Shown one piece after another: positions 1-7,734 of a DNA stretch of 40,319 nucleotides. The notes below the pieces were generated by a model that saw only the letters and a program-made list of their open reading frames with translations, was not told the DNA's origin and did no database searches. Source of the DNA: Anaerolineales bacterium (GTDB taxonomy: Bacteria; Chloroflexota; Anaerolineae; Anaerolineales; JABWBV01); NCBI GenBank assembly GCA_041632295.1, contig JBFKII010000001.1, positions 1 through 40,319 on the forward strand, given 5' to 3'. Made by a program: the position numbers and the translations under genes. Each line of letters opens with the position of its first letter. Positions within the stretch are counted from its first letter, which is position 1.

Positions 1-59
1 TAATGATACCGACGGCCATGTGCGTTTAGGGTGGTGATCACCCGACTGGTTTCTCCAAG

Positions 60-65
60 TATAAT
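60..65 (+). promoter_or_regulatory. -10-like hexamer TATAAT, 7 nt upstream of ATG 73 (possible leaderless promoter)
   Basis: TATAAT at 60-65, then TTTCTCC (7 nt), then ATG 73-75. No purine-rich SD in the gap. The -35 region is weak. Confidence 0.35.
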
Positions 66-72
66 TTTCTCC

Positions 73-726
73 ATGAATAACACAAGAGCATGGGTTTTCA
101 CGATCGGGATCCTGGTGATCGCTGCAATTGGCATGTTCCTGATCGTCAATACCGTGCGCAACTCCATGCTCGACGCAGTTGCGGATTCCACCGGCCCGAT
201 CGGGACCCAGGTGTCCGAAATCCTCAACCCTACGCCCACCATTTTGCCGGACCCGGTCGCGATCGTGCATGATGTTCGCGCCCTGGCCCGATTGGAGACG
301 GTCCAATACAGTATCGAGCGAGTGATCACCGCCGAGAGTGGCCAGGGCATTTTCGCCAACCTGTTCGGCGACAAGCTCCTTTTTGTGGCGCACGGTGTCG
401 TCATCGCCGGGACCGATCTTCAGAAATTGGGTCCGGAAGACATGTGGGTTGAAAATAACGTCCTGTATGTGCGCCTGCCGCCGCCGGAGATCTTCATCGC
501 CACGTTGGACAACGAAAAATCTTATGTTTACGATCGGGAAACCGGGCTCCTGACCAAGGGGGATGTCAACCTGGAGACGGAAGCTCGCCGGGTGGCAGAA
601 GAGTCGATCGAACAGGCCGCTTTGGAAGACAATATACTGGTAACCGCCGGAAAGAACGCGGAATTGTATTTTTCACTGCTCCTGCGAGACCTGGGCTATC
701 CGGAGGTCATTTTCGTCGAGCAGTAG
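73..726 (+). CDS. DUF4230-family membrane-anchored protein
   Basis: ORF 31..726. It has an N-terminal hydrophobic anchor (WVFTIGILVIAAIGMFLIV) and a core resembling DUF4230 (LETVQYSIERVIT, FVAHGVVIAGTDL). ATG 73 is preferred over GTG 31 because of the TATAAT at 60-65; the start is uncertain. Confidence 0.7.
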   Translation: MNNTRAWVFTIGILVIAAIGMFLIVNTVRNSMLDAVADSTGPIGTQVSEILNPTPTILPDPVAIVHDVRALARLETVQYSIERVITAESGQGIFANLFGDKLLFVAHGVVIAGTDLQKLGPEDMWVENNVLYVRLPPPEIFIATLDNEKSYVYDRETGLLTKGDVNLETEARRVAEESIEQAALEDNILVTAGKNAELYFSLLLRDLGYPEVIFVEQ

Positions 727-792
727 CGCCCAGAGCGAAAAGGTAGCCAGCCTCGAAGTGGGTCCACGGACCGCCAGTTTTTGCAGTTTGCC

Positions 793-1623
793 TCACCTGC
801 GCATCGTCCAGGCTTCATTCCCATATTTTTCCGCGCACAGTGCCTCCGCCCGGAGGCGCTCTTCGTCTGTCAGAGGTCCCCTTGACAGGTTCAGACCGAG
901 TGCTGTACTGAAACCCTGTGCAAATGCCTGCACGGCAAGATCCCAGTCAACCCGGCGCCCCAGGGCGCGTTCGACGGTCGTGGCGCGCGCATTGAGCCGG
1001 TCCTGCGCCTCCACTCTGGCGCTGCTGTCCGGGAAGGCCAGCGCCCGCGTGATGCGGCCGAGGTCTCCGTGCAGCGGCAAAGTGCCGTGCTGAAGAACTC
1101 CGTTCTTTCGACGGACCTGTGCGCTTCCGATCAGCTTTTTGCCGTCCACGGTGATTTCCCAGTTTGCCGGCAATTCGAAACACACGGGCCCGGGGGATGC
1201 CCCCTCGGCGGGGCGGTCGTAATGCGATTCCCCGACGGCCGGAACAGCGAGCCGTTCCAGGGCAGCCAGCAGCCCTTTTGATATCCGTTCGTAGCTGGTC
1301 AGGATATCCCCCCTGACCAGTGGGTGTTCGCCGTGAGCGATGACGGCGTATGTCAACTCATCGACATGCAGGATAGCTCGCCCGCCTGTCGGTCGACGGA
1401 CGATATCCCAGCCATGGGAGGACAACCCATCCAGGTCGGCGTCCCGGACGCGCTGCCCGTATCCCAGCGAGAGGCAGGCCGGTTGCCAGGCATACAGCCG
1501 CAGCGTTGGAGGGGCGTCCCCTGCACCGACCGATTCGAGGATGGCCTCATCGACGGACATGTTCCAGGCGCCATGGGATGCCGGTGTGATCAGCAGGCGC
1601 CAGATCGAATTTTGCTCTTCCAT
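793..1623 (-). CDS. lipoate-protein ligase / octanoyltransferase (BPL/LPL catalytic domain, LplA/LipM-like)
   Basis: ORF 793..1641. Motifs RRPTGGRAILH and GKKLIGSAQVRR (KxxGxAQ lysine motif) are typical of LplA-family catalytic domains. ATG 1623 (MEEQNSIW) is preferred over TTG 1641. Confidence 0.8.
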   Translation of the reverse strand: MEEQNSIWRLLITPASHGAWNMSVDEAILESVGAGDAPPTLRLYAWQPACLSLGYGQRVRDADLDGLSSHGWDIVRRPTGGRAILHVDELTYAVIAHGEHPLVRGDILTSYERISKGLLAALERLAVPAVGESHYDRPAEGASPGPVCFELPANWEITVDGKKLIGSAQVRRKNGVLQHGTLPLHGDLGRITRALAFPDSSARVEAQDRLNARATTVERALGRRVDWDLAVQAFAQGFSTALGLNLSRGPLTDEERLRAEALCAEKYGNEAWTMRR

Positions 1624-1630
1624 GAGCGTA

Positions 1631-1636
1631 ATTGTA
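1631..1636 (-). promoter_or_regulatory. -10-like hexamer TACAAT, 7 nt upstream of ATG 1623 (possible leaderless promoter)
   Basis: The minus strand reads TACAAT-TACGCTC-ATG. There is no SD in the gap. Confidence 0.3.
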
Positions 1637-1857
1637 CCCAATCCATCTCTCGAGGGTACTCGGAATCATAAAACGGCGAAGCCGACATGCAAAGTTCACC
1701 CTATGGGCCAGGACTACCATCCCATTCCTGTTGCAGTCGAAGAAGTGGAAGAATGACTTTTTTCGCCTTCCTGGCCAGTGAAACCTGCAGCATTGCGTTC
1801 TGGAACTCTCATTCGGGCAGCAGTTTTTATAAAGCCATATCGATTTTCTGAACTTGC

Positions 1858-1886
1858 TTGACAAATTATGGACTTCAAAATACAGT
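1858..1886 (+). promoter_or_regulatory. sigma-70-type promoter of the marR operon (TTGACA, 17 nt, TACAGT)
   Basis: TTGACA at 1858-1863, an exact 17-nt spacer, then TACAGT at 1881-1886. It lies 31 nt upstream of the marR ATG (1917), in an AT-richer divergent intergenic region. Confidence 0.5.
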
Positions 1887-1899
1887 TGACGGGTCAACT
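1884..1899. promoter_or_regulatory. perfect palindromic operator AGTTGAC-GG-GTCAACT (probable MarR autoregulatory site)
   Basis: A 7+7 bp perfect inverted repeat that overlaps the -10 hexamer and the predicted TSS, 18 nt upstream of marR. Confidence 0.55.
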
Positions 1900-1916
1900 A
1901 ATCCCCACCCTTTTCC

Positions 1917-2351
1917 ATGAATAACGACGCCCTACAGCTTTACAACACGCTCAAAGAAATCTACTTTTGCCTGGACAACGGGGACCGGCAGCTTTTCGAT
2001 ACATACCAGCTGACCGTTCCCCGTTTTTATGCCCTTCGGAATATCGCCGAGAATCCCGGCCTCTCGATGACGGAGCTGAGCACACGGATGCTCAGTGACA
2101 AGAGTAATATCACCCGCCTGGTGAAGAGTATCGAAGACGAAGGGCTGGTATGCCGAAAACAGGGCGAACGGGATAAGCGCAAACAGCGCCTGTATCTCAG
2201 CGAAAAAGGAGAACGGATCCTTAATCAGGCTACCAACGCCCACAACCGGCTGATACTGGCCCGGTTCTCCGATTTTTCGAATGGAGATGAGGAACTGCTC
2301 CAGCAACTGGGGGAGATCAAGCAGCGCCTGGAAGCCAGCCTCCAAAAATAA
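1917..2351 (+). CDS. MarR-family transcriptional regulator
   Basis: 144 aa with a winged-HTH pattern: LSMTELSTRMLSDKSNITRLVKSIEDEGLVCRKQGERDKRKQRLYLSEKGE. Confidence 0.85.
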   Translation: MNNDALQLYNTLKEIYFCLDNGDRQLFDTYQLTVPRFYALRNIAENPGLSMTELSTRMLSDKSNITRLVKSIEDEGLVCRKQGERDKRKQRLYLSEKGERILNQATNAHNRLILARFSDFSNGDEELLQQLGEIKQRLEASLQK

Positions 2352-2378
2352 AATCCAATCCAGGAGTTTTTTCGTACA

Positions 2379-3848
2379 ATGTCCGAAATTCAAACGCCGG
2401 AATGGGTCAAGCACGCAGTTTTTTACCAGATTTTTCCGGACCGCTTCGCCCGTTCCCCCCAAACCACGCACCCGCCCGGCGTGGTGTTCAAGCCCTGGGG
2501 AAGCCCCCCGCAGGAGCAGGGATTCCAGGGGGGGAATTTGTACGGAATTGTGGAAAAGCTGGATTATCTGGCCGATCTGGGGATCAATGCGATTTATCTC
2601 AACCCGATTTTCGCCTCGGCCGCCAACCACCGCTACCACACCTTTGATTACATGAAAATCGACCCCCTTCTCGGGGGCGAAGCGGCATTCCGCGCTTTGT
2701 TAGACAGCGCCCACGCCCGTAACATGCGGGTCGTGATTGATGGGGTTTTCAACCATGCAAGCAGAGGATTTTGGGCTTTTCATCACATCCTTGAGAATCA
2801 GGCCAACTCGCCGTATGTCAACTGGTTTCACGTCTACGGGCAGCCACTGCGCCCTTATTCCAGTGATGCCAACAATCCGGCCAACTACGGGGCCTGGTGG
2901 GGCAACCCGGCACTTCCTAAGTTCAACACTGACGATCCGGGCGTGCGGGAGCACCTCTTCCAGGTTGCCCGCCATTGGATCGAGTTCGGGGCCGATGGCT
3001 GGCGCCTGGACGTACCCGGCGAGATCGACGATGATAGTTTCTGGCAGGAATTCCGCGCGCTGGTAAAAGGGGTCAACCCCGATGCGTATATCGTGGGGGA
3101 GATCTGGCACGACGCTCGCCGCTGGTTAAAGGGAGACCAGTTCGACGCGGTGATGAATTATTATTTTGGAATGGCCGCCCTCGGTTTTTTCGCCCGCCGC
3201 AGCCTGCGCCCGGACCTGGAGCATCAGGAATTTTCCCACGTAAAGCCCCTCAGCGGGATGGAATTTGTCCAGCGAATTCAGGAGGTCATGGGCTGGTATG
3301 ACTGGCGGATCAACCAGGTCCAGTTAAACATGGGGGACAGCCATGATACCCCTCGCCTGCTCTGGATGATGGGAGAAGAGAAGTCCGCGCTCGAACTGTT
3401 CGCGCTTTTCCAGATGACCATGCCGGGTGCACCTTGCATCTATTACGGCACAGAGATCGGCATGTCCTCCCGCGGTGACCCGTACTGCCGCGAGGCTTTC
3501 CCATGGGATTGGGAAGAGAAAATTGATCGCCAGCTGCATGCTTTCTACCGCCGCGCCATCGATTTGCGAAGGACCCATCCGGTGCTGCGCATAGGCCAGT
3601 TGGAGTTCCTCTCAGCGAGCGAAGACCAGGTGATCTTCCGCCGAAGCCTGGGGCAGTCGGAGGCCCTGGTGGTTCTGAACAACGCCGACACCCCATCCGA
3701 GCACAGCCTGCCGTCCGCAGACCTTGCCGCCCGGGCCTATTACCGGGTCTGGCCCGAAAACAACGGAGCGATCACGTTTGTAGAATCCGACCGGCTGGTG
3801 CTCCAGGTTCCTGCCCGTTCCGGGATCGTGATGGTAAACCAGTCCTGA
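2379..3848 (+). CDS. GH13 alpha-amylase-family glycoside hydrolase (cytoplasmic, cyclomaltodextrinase/alpha-glucosidase-like)
   Basis: All four GH13 conserved regions are present: VIDGVFNH, DGWRLDVPGE (nucleophile Asp), VGEIWH (acid/base Glu), GDSHDTPR. No signal peptide. Confidence 0.9.
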   Translation: MSEIQTPEWVKHAVFYQIFPDRFARSPQTTHPPGVVFKPWGSPPQEQGFQGGNLYGIVEKLDYLADLGINAIYLNPIFASAANHRYHTFDYMKIDPLLGGEAAFRALLDSAHARNMRVVIDGVFNHASRGFWAFHHILENQANSPYVNWFHVYGQPLRPYSSDANNPANYGAWWGNPALPKFNTDDPGVREHLFQVARHWIEFGADGWRLDVPGEIDDDSFWQEFRALVKGVNPDAYIVGEIWHDARRWLKGDQFDAVMNYYFGMAALGFFARRSLRPDLEHQEFSHVKPLSGMEFVQRIQEVMGWYDWRINQVQLNMGDSHDTPRLLWMMGEEKSALELFALFQMTMPGAPCIYYGTEIGMSSRGDPYCREAFPWDWEEKIDRQLHAFYRRAIDLRRTHPVLRIGQLEFLSASEDQVIFRRSLGQSEALVVLNNADTPSEHSLPSADLAARAYYRVWPENNGAITFVESDRLVLQVPARSGIVMVNQS

Positions 3849-3905
3849 GGCAGTTTGGGCGAGCCTGATCCGATTTACGGCAAGCAGTCCCGCCTGGAGT
3901 TCCGC

Positions 3906-5630
3906 ATGCAGGCGCACATCCGGGATTTCGCGGGCATTCGGCATGCCCGAATGCGCATCCCTGCCCGCCCTCAGCCAGGCACCTCCCTGAAACTATACGC
4001 CACGACGTCCGGCCCACTGCCATTCGAGCGGCTGGTTTGCCGCTACCGGATCGGTTCCCTGCCGGCAATTGAGCTCCCTTTCGAAAGGACAGCGGTCGAA
4101 TATGACGACTTGATCTGGGATTACGTCAGCTGCTGGGAGACCGAACTGCCCCCAATGTCCGAAGAAACCTTGCTGTGGTACCAGGTTGCCGGGCGCTTAT
4201 CCTCCGGGTCCTGGATCTACGCAGATAACCAGGCAACAGACGAAAAACAGGGAACCTTGTTTGCGGTTTCATTCGAGGACTTCCGCCCTCCACTCTGGTC
4301 CCGGAAAGCCATGATTTACCATGTTTTCGTGGACCGGTTTTACCCCGGAGATGGCGCCAGCTGGAATCCATCCACCTCCACATCCGGGTTCTTCGGTGGC
4401 ACGCTGGCAGGCGTCCGGCAGAAACTGGATTACATCCAGAGCCTGGGATTCAACACGGTCTGGCTTTCCCCGGTTTTCGAGAGCCCCTCGCACCACGGCT
4501 ATGATTCCACTGATCTGTTTACGGTTTCCGGCCGTTTCGGCGGTGGCCCGGCTTTGGAAGGCATGATTGCCGATGCCCACAACCGGGGCATGCGGGTTTT
4601 GCTCGATTTCGTTCCGAACCATTGGTCTGACCGGCACGCTACCTTTCTCCATGCTCGCAGCCATCGGGACAGCCCTTTCAAGGATTGGTATTTGTGGCGA
4701 GATTGGCCCGAAGATTATGAATGCTATTTCGATGTCCGCTCGATGCCCAAACTCAATCTCAATCCCGGGAGTCCGGCACGAAGGCATCTGATCGAGGCCG
4801 CCCAATACTGGCTTCAGGCGGGCGTGGATGGTTTTCGCCTGGACCATGTGGAAGGGCCGGTGGCGAATTTCTGGGTCGAATTTCGCCGGGCCTGCCTTCA
4901 TGTCCGGCCGGACTGCTGGCTATTCGGGGAGGTCGTGCGGCCGCCCTCACGCCAGCAGGCGTATGCCTACGATCTGCATGGCAGCCTGGATTTTGCTCTG
5001 GCCCGTGCCCTGCGCCAGACGTTCGGCCTCGGGCGTTGGAATCTGGGTCGCTTTGAGGCTTTTCTCCAGGCCCATGAACGCTTTTTCGATGCCGACCTTT
5101 CCCGCCCTGCATTTCTGGACAACCACGATATGAACCGCTTCCTGTACCTCAGCGGCGGCGATCGGCAGCGTTTGAAGCTCGGGGCCCTGGCGCTGTACAG
5201 CCTTTCCGGTCAGCCCGTGCTGTATTACGGCACGGAGACCGGGCTCAGCCAGGACCTGGATATCGCCGATGGTACCGGGCTGGACGAAGCGCGGCTTCCA
5301 ATGCCCTGGGGGGGTGCACAGGACTCGGAGCTCGTGGACTATTTCTCCCGGCTGGCCAGCCTGCGGAGTTCGCACCCGATACCTGAGGCGGCCAAGCGCC
5401 GATTGCTCCGGGTTGACTCTCCAAGTGGATTGTACGCATACTGTTGGGAGGCGGGGCGGACCCTGTTCCTGGTAGCGTTCAACACCGGGCCGCAAACGCA
5501 AACCCTGTCGCTAGAAAACCCTTTTGAACGCTCCATCGGCGATCGATTGAACGGATGCCGGGTGGAATCGAGCGGTGATTTCCTGGAAATCGAACTGGCG
5601 CCGCAAAGCGGGGCCTGGGTGGCGCCATGA
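3906..5630 (+). CDS. GH13 alpha-amylase-family glycoside hydrolase with an N-terminal extra domain
   Basis: GH13 regions LLDFVPNH, DGFRLDHVEGP, LFGEVV and FLDNHDMNRF are present. The listed ORF starts at TTG 3855. ATG 3906 has GGAG 6 nt upstream and is preferred, but the start is uncertain. Confidence 0.85.
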   Translation: MQAHIRDFAGIRHARMRIPARPQPGTSLKLYATTSGPLPFERLVCRYRIGSLPAIELPFERTAVEYDDLIWDYVSCWETELPPMSEETLLWYQVAGRLSSGSWIYADNQATDEKQGTLFAVSFEDFRPPLWSRKAMIYHVFVDRFYPGDGASWNPSTSTSGFFGGTLAGVRQKLDYIQSLGFNTVWLSPVFESPSHHGYDSTDLFTVSGRFGGGPALEGMIADAHNRGMRVLLDFVPNHWSDRHATFLHARSHRDSPFKDWYLWRDWPEDYECYFDVRSMPKLNLNPGSPARRHLIEAAQYWLQAGVDGFRLDHVEGPVANFWVEFRRACLHVRPDCWLFGEVVRPPSRQQAYAYDLHGSLDFALARALRQTFGLGRWNLGRFEAFLQAHERFFDADLSRPAFLDNHDMNRFLYLSGGDRQRLKLGALALYSLSGQPVLYYGTETGLSQDLDIADGTGLDEARLPMPWGGAQDSELVDYFSRLASLRSSHPIPEAAKRRLLRVDSPSGLYAYCWEAGRTLFLVAFNTGPQTQTLSLENPFERSIGDRLNGCRVESSGDFLEIELAPQSGAWVAP

Positions 5631-6823
5631 CCGATTTTGAGCTGGTGGTTGTCGGAGCCGGCCCCGGCGGTTCTTCCGCCGCGCTTTACGCTGCGAAAGC
5701 CGGCATTCGAACGCTCCTGCTGGACCGGTCCACGTTTCCCCGGGACAAGACCTGCGGAGACGGCCTGACGCCACGCGCTGTTTTTGAGCTCGCCGGGATG
5801 GGCCTGTATGAAACGCTTTCCACGCAGGCCCATCTCGTCCGGCAGGTGCGGGTGGTTTCCCCGCACGGTTTCGACACTCGCGTCACCCTCCCCGAGATAG
5901 GAAAGTTTCCGCCACACGCCTGGGTGATACCGAGGGTCATTTTGGATGCCGCCATCCTTGAGAAGGCCGTCCTTGCGGGGGCGGAATTTGCGGCGCCGGT
6001 GCAGGCCGTTGGGTTGGAGCAGGCCGCGGGCGGGGTACTCGTGCGGACCCGCACGCCGGCAGGAGAACGGGTTCTCCGGGCGAAAATGGCCATCCTCGCG
6101 ACCGGAGCGTCTATGCCCCTGCTGAAGCAGGCCGGCTTTTTGAATGAGATTCCAGCGGTCATCCGGGCCGTGCGAGGATATTTCGAATTCGAACGCCCGA
6201 TTGGAGAACGGATGGAGTTCCGTTTTGACCATGTGCCCTTGCCAGGCTACGGTTGGCTGTTTCCGGTCGAAAAGGGGGTGGTGAATATCGGCCTGGGCTA
6301 CTGGCCCGCGGGCCGCCGCGACCGGCGAACCGCCTCCGTCCGCCGCGCCCTGGACGACTTCCTGCACTCTCCCGCCCTGCAGCAGGAAGTGGGGACCCTG
6401 AAACAGGCCGGGGAGATCAAAAGCTACCCGCTACGGACCGATTTTGCCACCGCCCGGACGTATCAGGGGCGGGTGATGCTCGTGGGGGAGTCTGCCGGCC
6501 TCGTCAACCCACTGACCGGCGAAGGGATCGACTACGCCCTGGAATCCGGGCGCATCGCCGGCACCTTTCTGGCGGAAGCTGGCCTCTCCGCCGACCTTTC
6601 GCAATACGATGCCAGGCTTCGGAAAGCTTTCCAGCCGATATTTGAATTCAGTGGTCGCGTCCAACGGATTGGGATGCGTCCTTTTTCGCTGGATTTGCTG
6701 ACCCGCTGGGCGGAGCGGCGCGCCGATCTCAAGCGGCTGCTCACAAACCTGATGCTCGGTACGATGGCGATCCCCGAAAATATTTCACCACTGCATGTCT
6801 TTCGGACCCTGACAGGGATCTGA
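5627..6823 (+). CDS. geranylgeranyl-reductase-family FAD-dependent oxidoreductase
   Basis: N-terminal Rossmann motif VVVGAGPGGSSAALYAAKAGIRTLLLDR followed by CGDGLTP. About 400 aa. ATGA overlap with the upstream GH13 gene. Confidence 0.75.
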   Translation: MTDFELVVVGAGPGGSSAALYAAKAGIRTLLLDRSTFPRDKTCGDGLTPRAVFELAGMGLYETLSTQAHLVRQVRVVSPHGFDTRVTLPEIGKFPPHAWVIPRVILDAAILEKAVLAGAEFAAPVQAVGLEQAAGGVLVRTRTPAGERVLRAKMAILATGASMPLLKQAGFLNEIPAVIRAVRGYFEFERPIGERMEFRFDHVPLPGYGWLFPVEKGVVNIGLGYWPAGRRDRRTASVRRALDDFLHSPALQQEVGTLKQAGEIKSYPLRTDFATARTYQGRVMLVGESAGLVNPLTGEGIDYALESGRIAGTFLAEAGLSADLSQYDARLRKAFQPIFEFSGRVQRIGMRPFSLDLLTRWAERRADLKRLLTNLMLGTMAIPENISPLHVFRTLTGI

Positions 6824-6904
6824 GGTTTGAAAATCGGGTAAGTTTAGGGCCGGTCTTTGCGTCGATTTAACACATTGAACTGGAAAACCGAAAAAGGATA
6901 AACG

Positions 6905-7252
6905 ATGAAAATGCAGGCTATATGGAACGGCCAAGTCGTGGCCGAGAGCGAAAAAACCGTGGTGGTGGAAGGGAACCATTATTTTCCGCCCGATTCCATC
7001 CGCCGGGATTATTTTGAGGAAAGCAGCAGGCGGACGGTGTGTCCCTGGAAGGGCGTTGCCAGCTATTTCGACATCGTGGTGGAAGGTGAAAGAAATTCAG
7101 GGGGGGCCTGGTATTATCCGGACGCCAGTGCAGCCGCAAAACAGATTGAAAATTACGTCGCCTTCTGGCAGGGGGTTAAAGTCCAGAAAGCCGGTGACGG
7201 CGGAGAAAATACGGCCGAAGAGGGCCTTTGGAGCAGGCTGTTCGGAAAATAA
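6905..7252 (+). CDS. DUF427 domain protein
   Basis: WNGQVVAESEKTVVVEGNHYFPPDSI ... CPWKGVASYFDIVV ... AWYYP ... VAFW matches the DUF427 pattern. AAGGA lies 6 nt upstream of the ATG. Confidence 0.75.
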   Translation: MKMQAIWNGQVVAESEKTVVVEGNHYFPPDSIRRDYFEESSRRTVCPWKGVASYFDIVVEGERNSGGAWYYPDASAAAKQIENYVAFWQGVKVQKAGDGGENTAEEGLWSRLFGK

Positions 7253-7279
7253 TACCGGGCCCACGCTAACGGCGGGCTT

Positions 7280-7684
7280 TTAGGACCCTCCCCAGCCGAT
7301 CTCCTCCGCGGCGATAAATATATCCTTATCCGAGATCATCCCGACGATCTCGCCATGTTCACCCGCAACAGGCAAATGGTGAAAACCGCCCTCCTGCATG
7401 GTGATCGAACACTGCTTCAAGGTCCAGTCCTGGCTGGCTGTGATGACCGGCGCGGTCATGATCTGGCTGACGGTCGTTTCTGCCGGACTGGCCTCCTGGG
7501 CAATGATCTTGTCTCGAATGTCGGTGGACGTGACGATCCCATAACCTTTGCCCTCCGCGCTCAAGTCGACGACCAGGCTGTGAATCCGCCTGCGGCGCAT
7601 CAAAGTCAGCGCATGGGACACACTGCTGTCGGGATCGATCACTATCACGGGGGTGCTCATCCAATTTCGTACCAGGTAATTCAT
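7280..7684 (-). CDS. CBS-pair domain protein
   Basis: 134 aa with two CBS motifs (WMSTPVIVIDPDSSVSHALTLM...; IMTAPVITASQDWTLKQCSITM...HHLPV). Strong SD AGGAGGAG upstream. Confidence 0.8.
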   Translation of the reverse strand: MNYLVRNWMSTPVIVIDPDSSVSHALTLMRRRRIHSLVVDLSAEGKGYGIVTSTDIRDKIIAQEASPAETTVSQIMTAPVITASQDWTLKQCSITMQEGGFHHLPVAGEHGEIVGMISDKDIFIAAEEIGWGGS

Positions 7685-7734
7685 TGCCAGCTCCTCCTGA
7701 AATGGGGAAATTCGTCCGTTCGCCGGACCGTAAA

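Noticed and set aside
727-792. Possible terminator between the convergent DUF4230 and lipoate ligase genes (GGTCCACGGACC followed by a T-run).
   Set aside because: The stem is only 4-5 bp with a 2-4-nt loop, and the T-run is separated from it. The signal is too weak to call.
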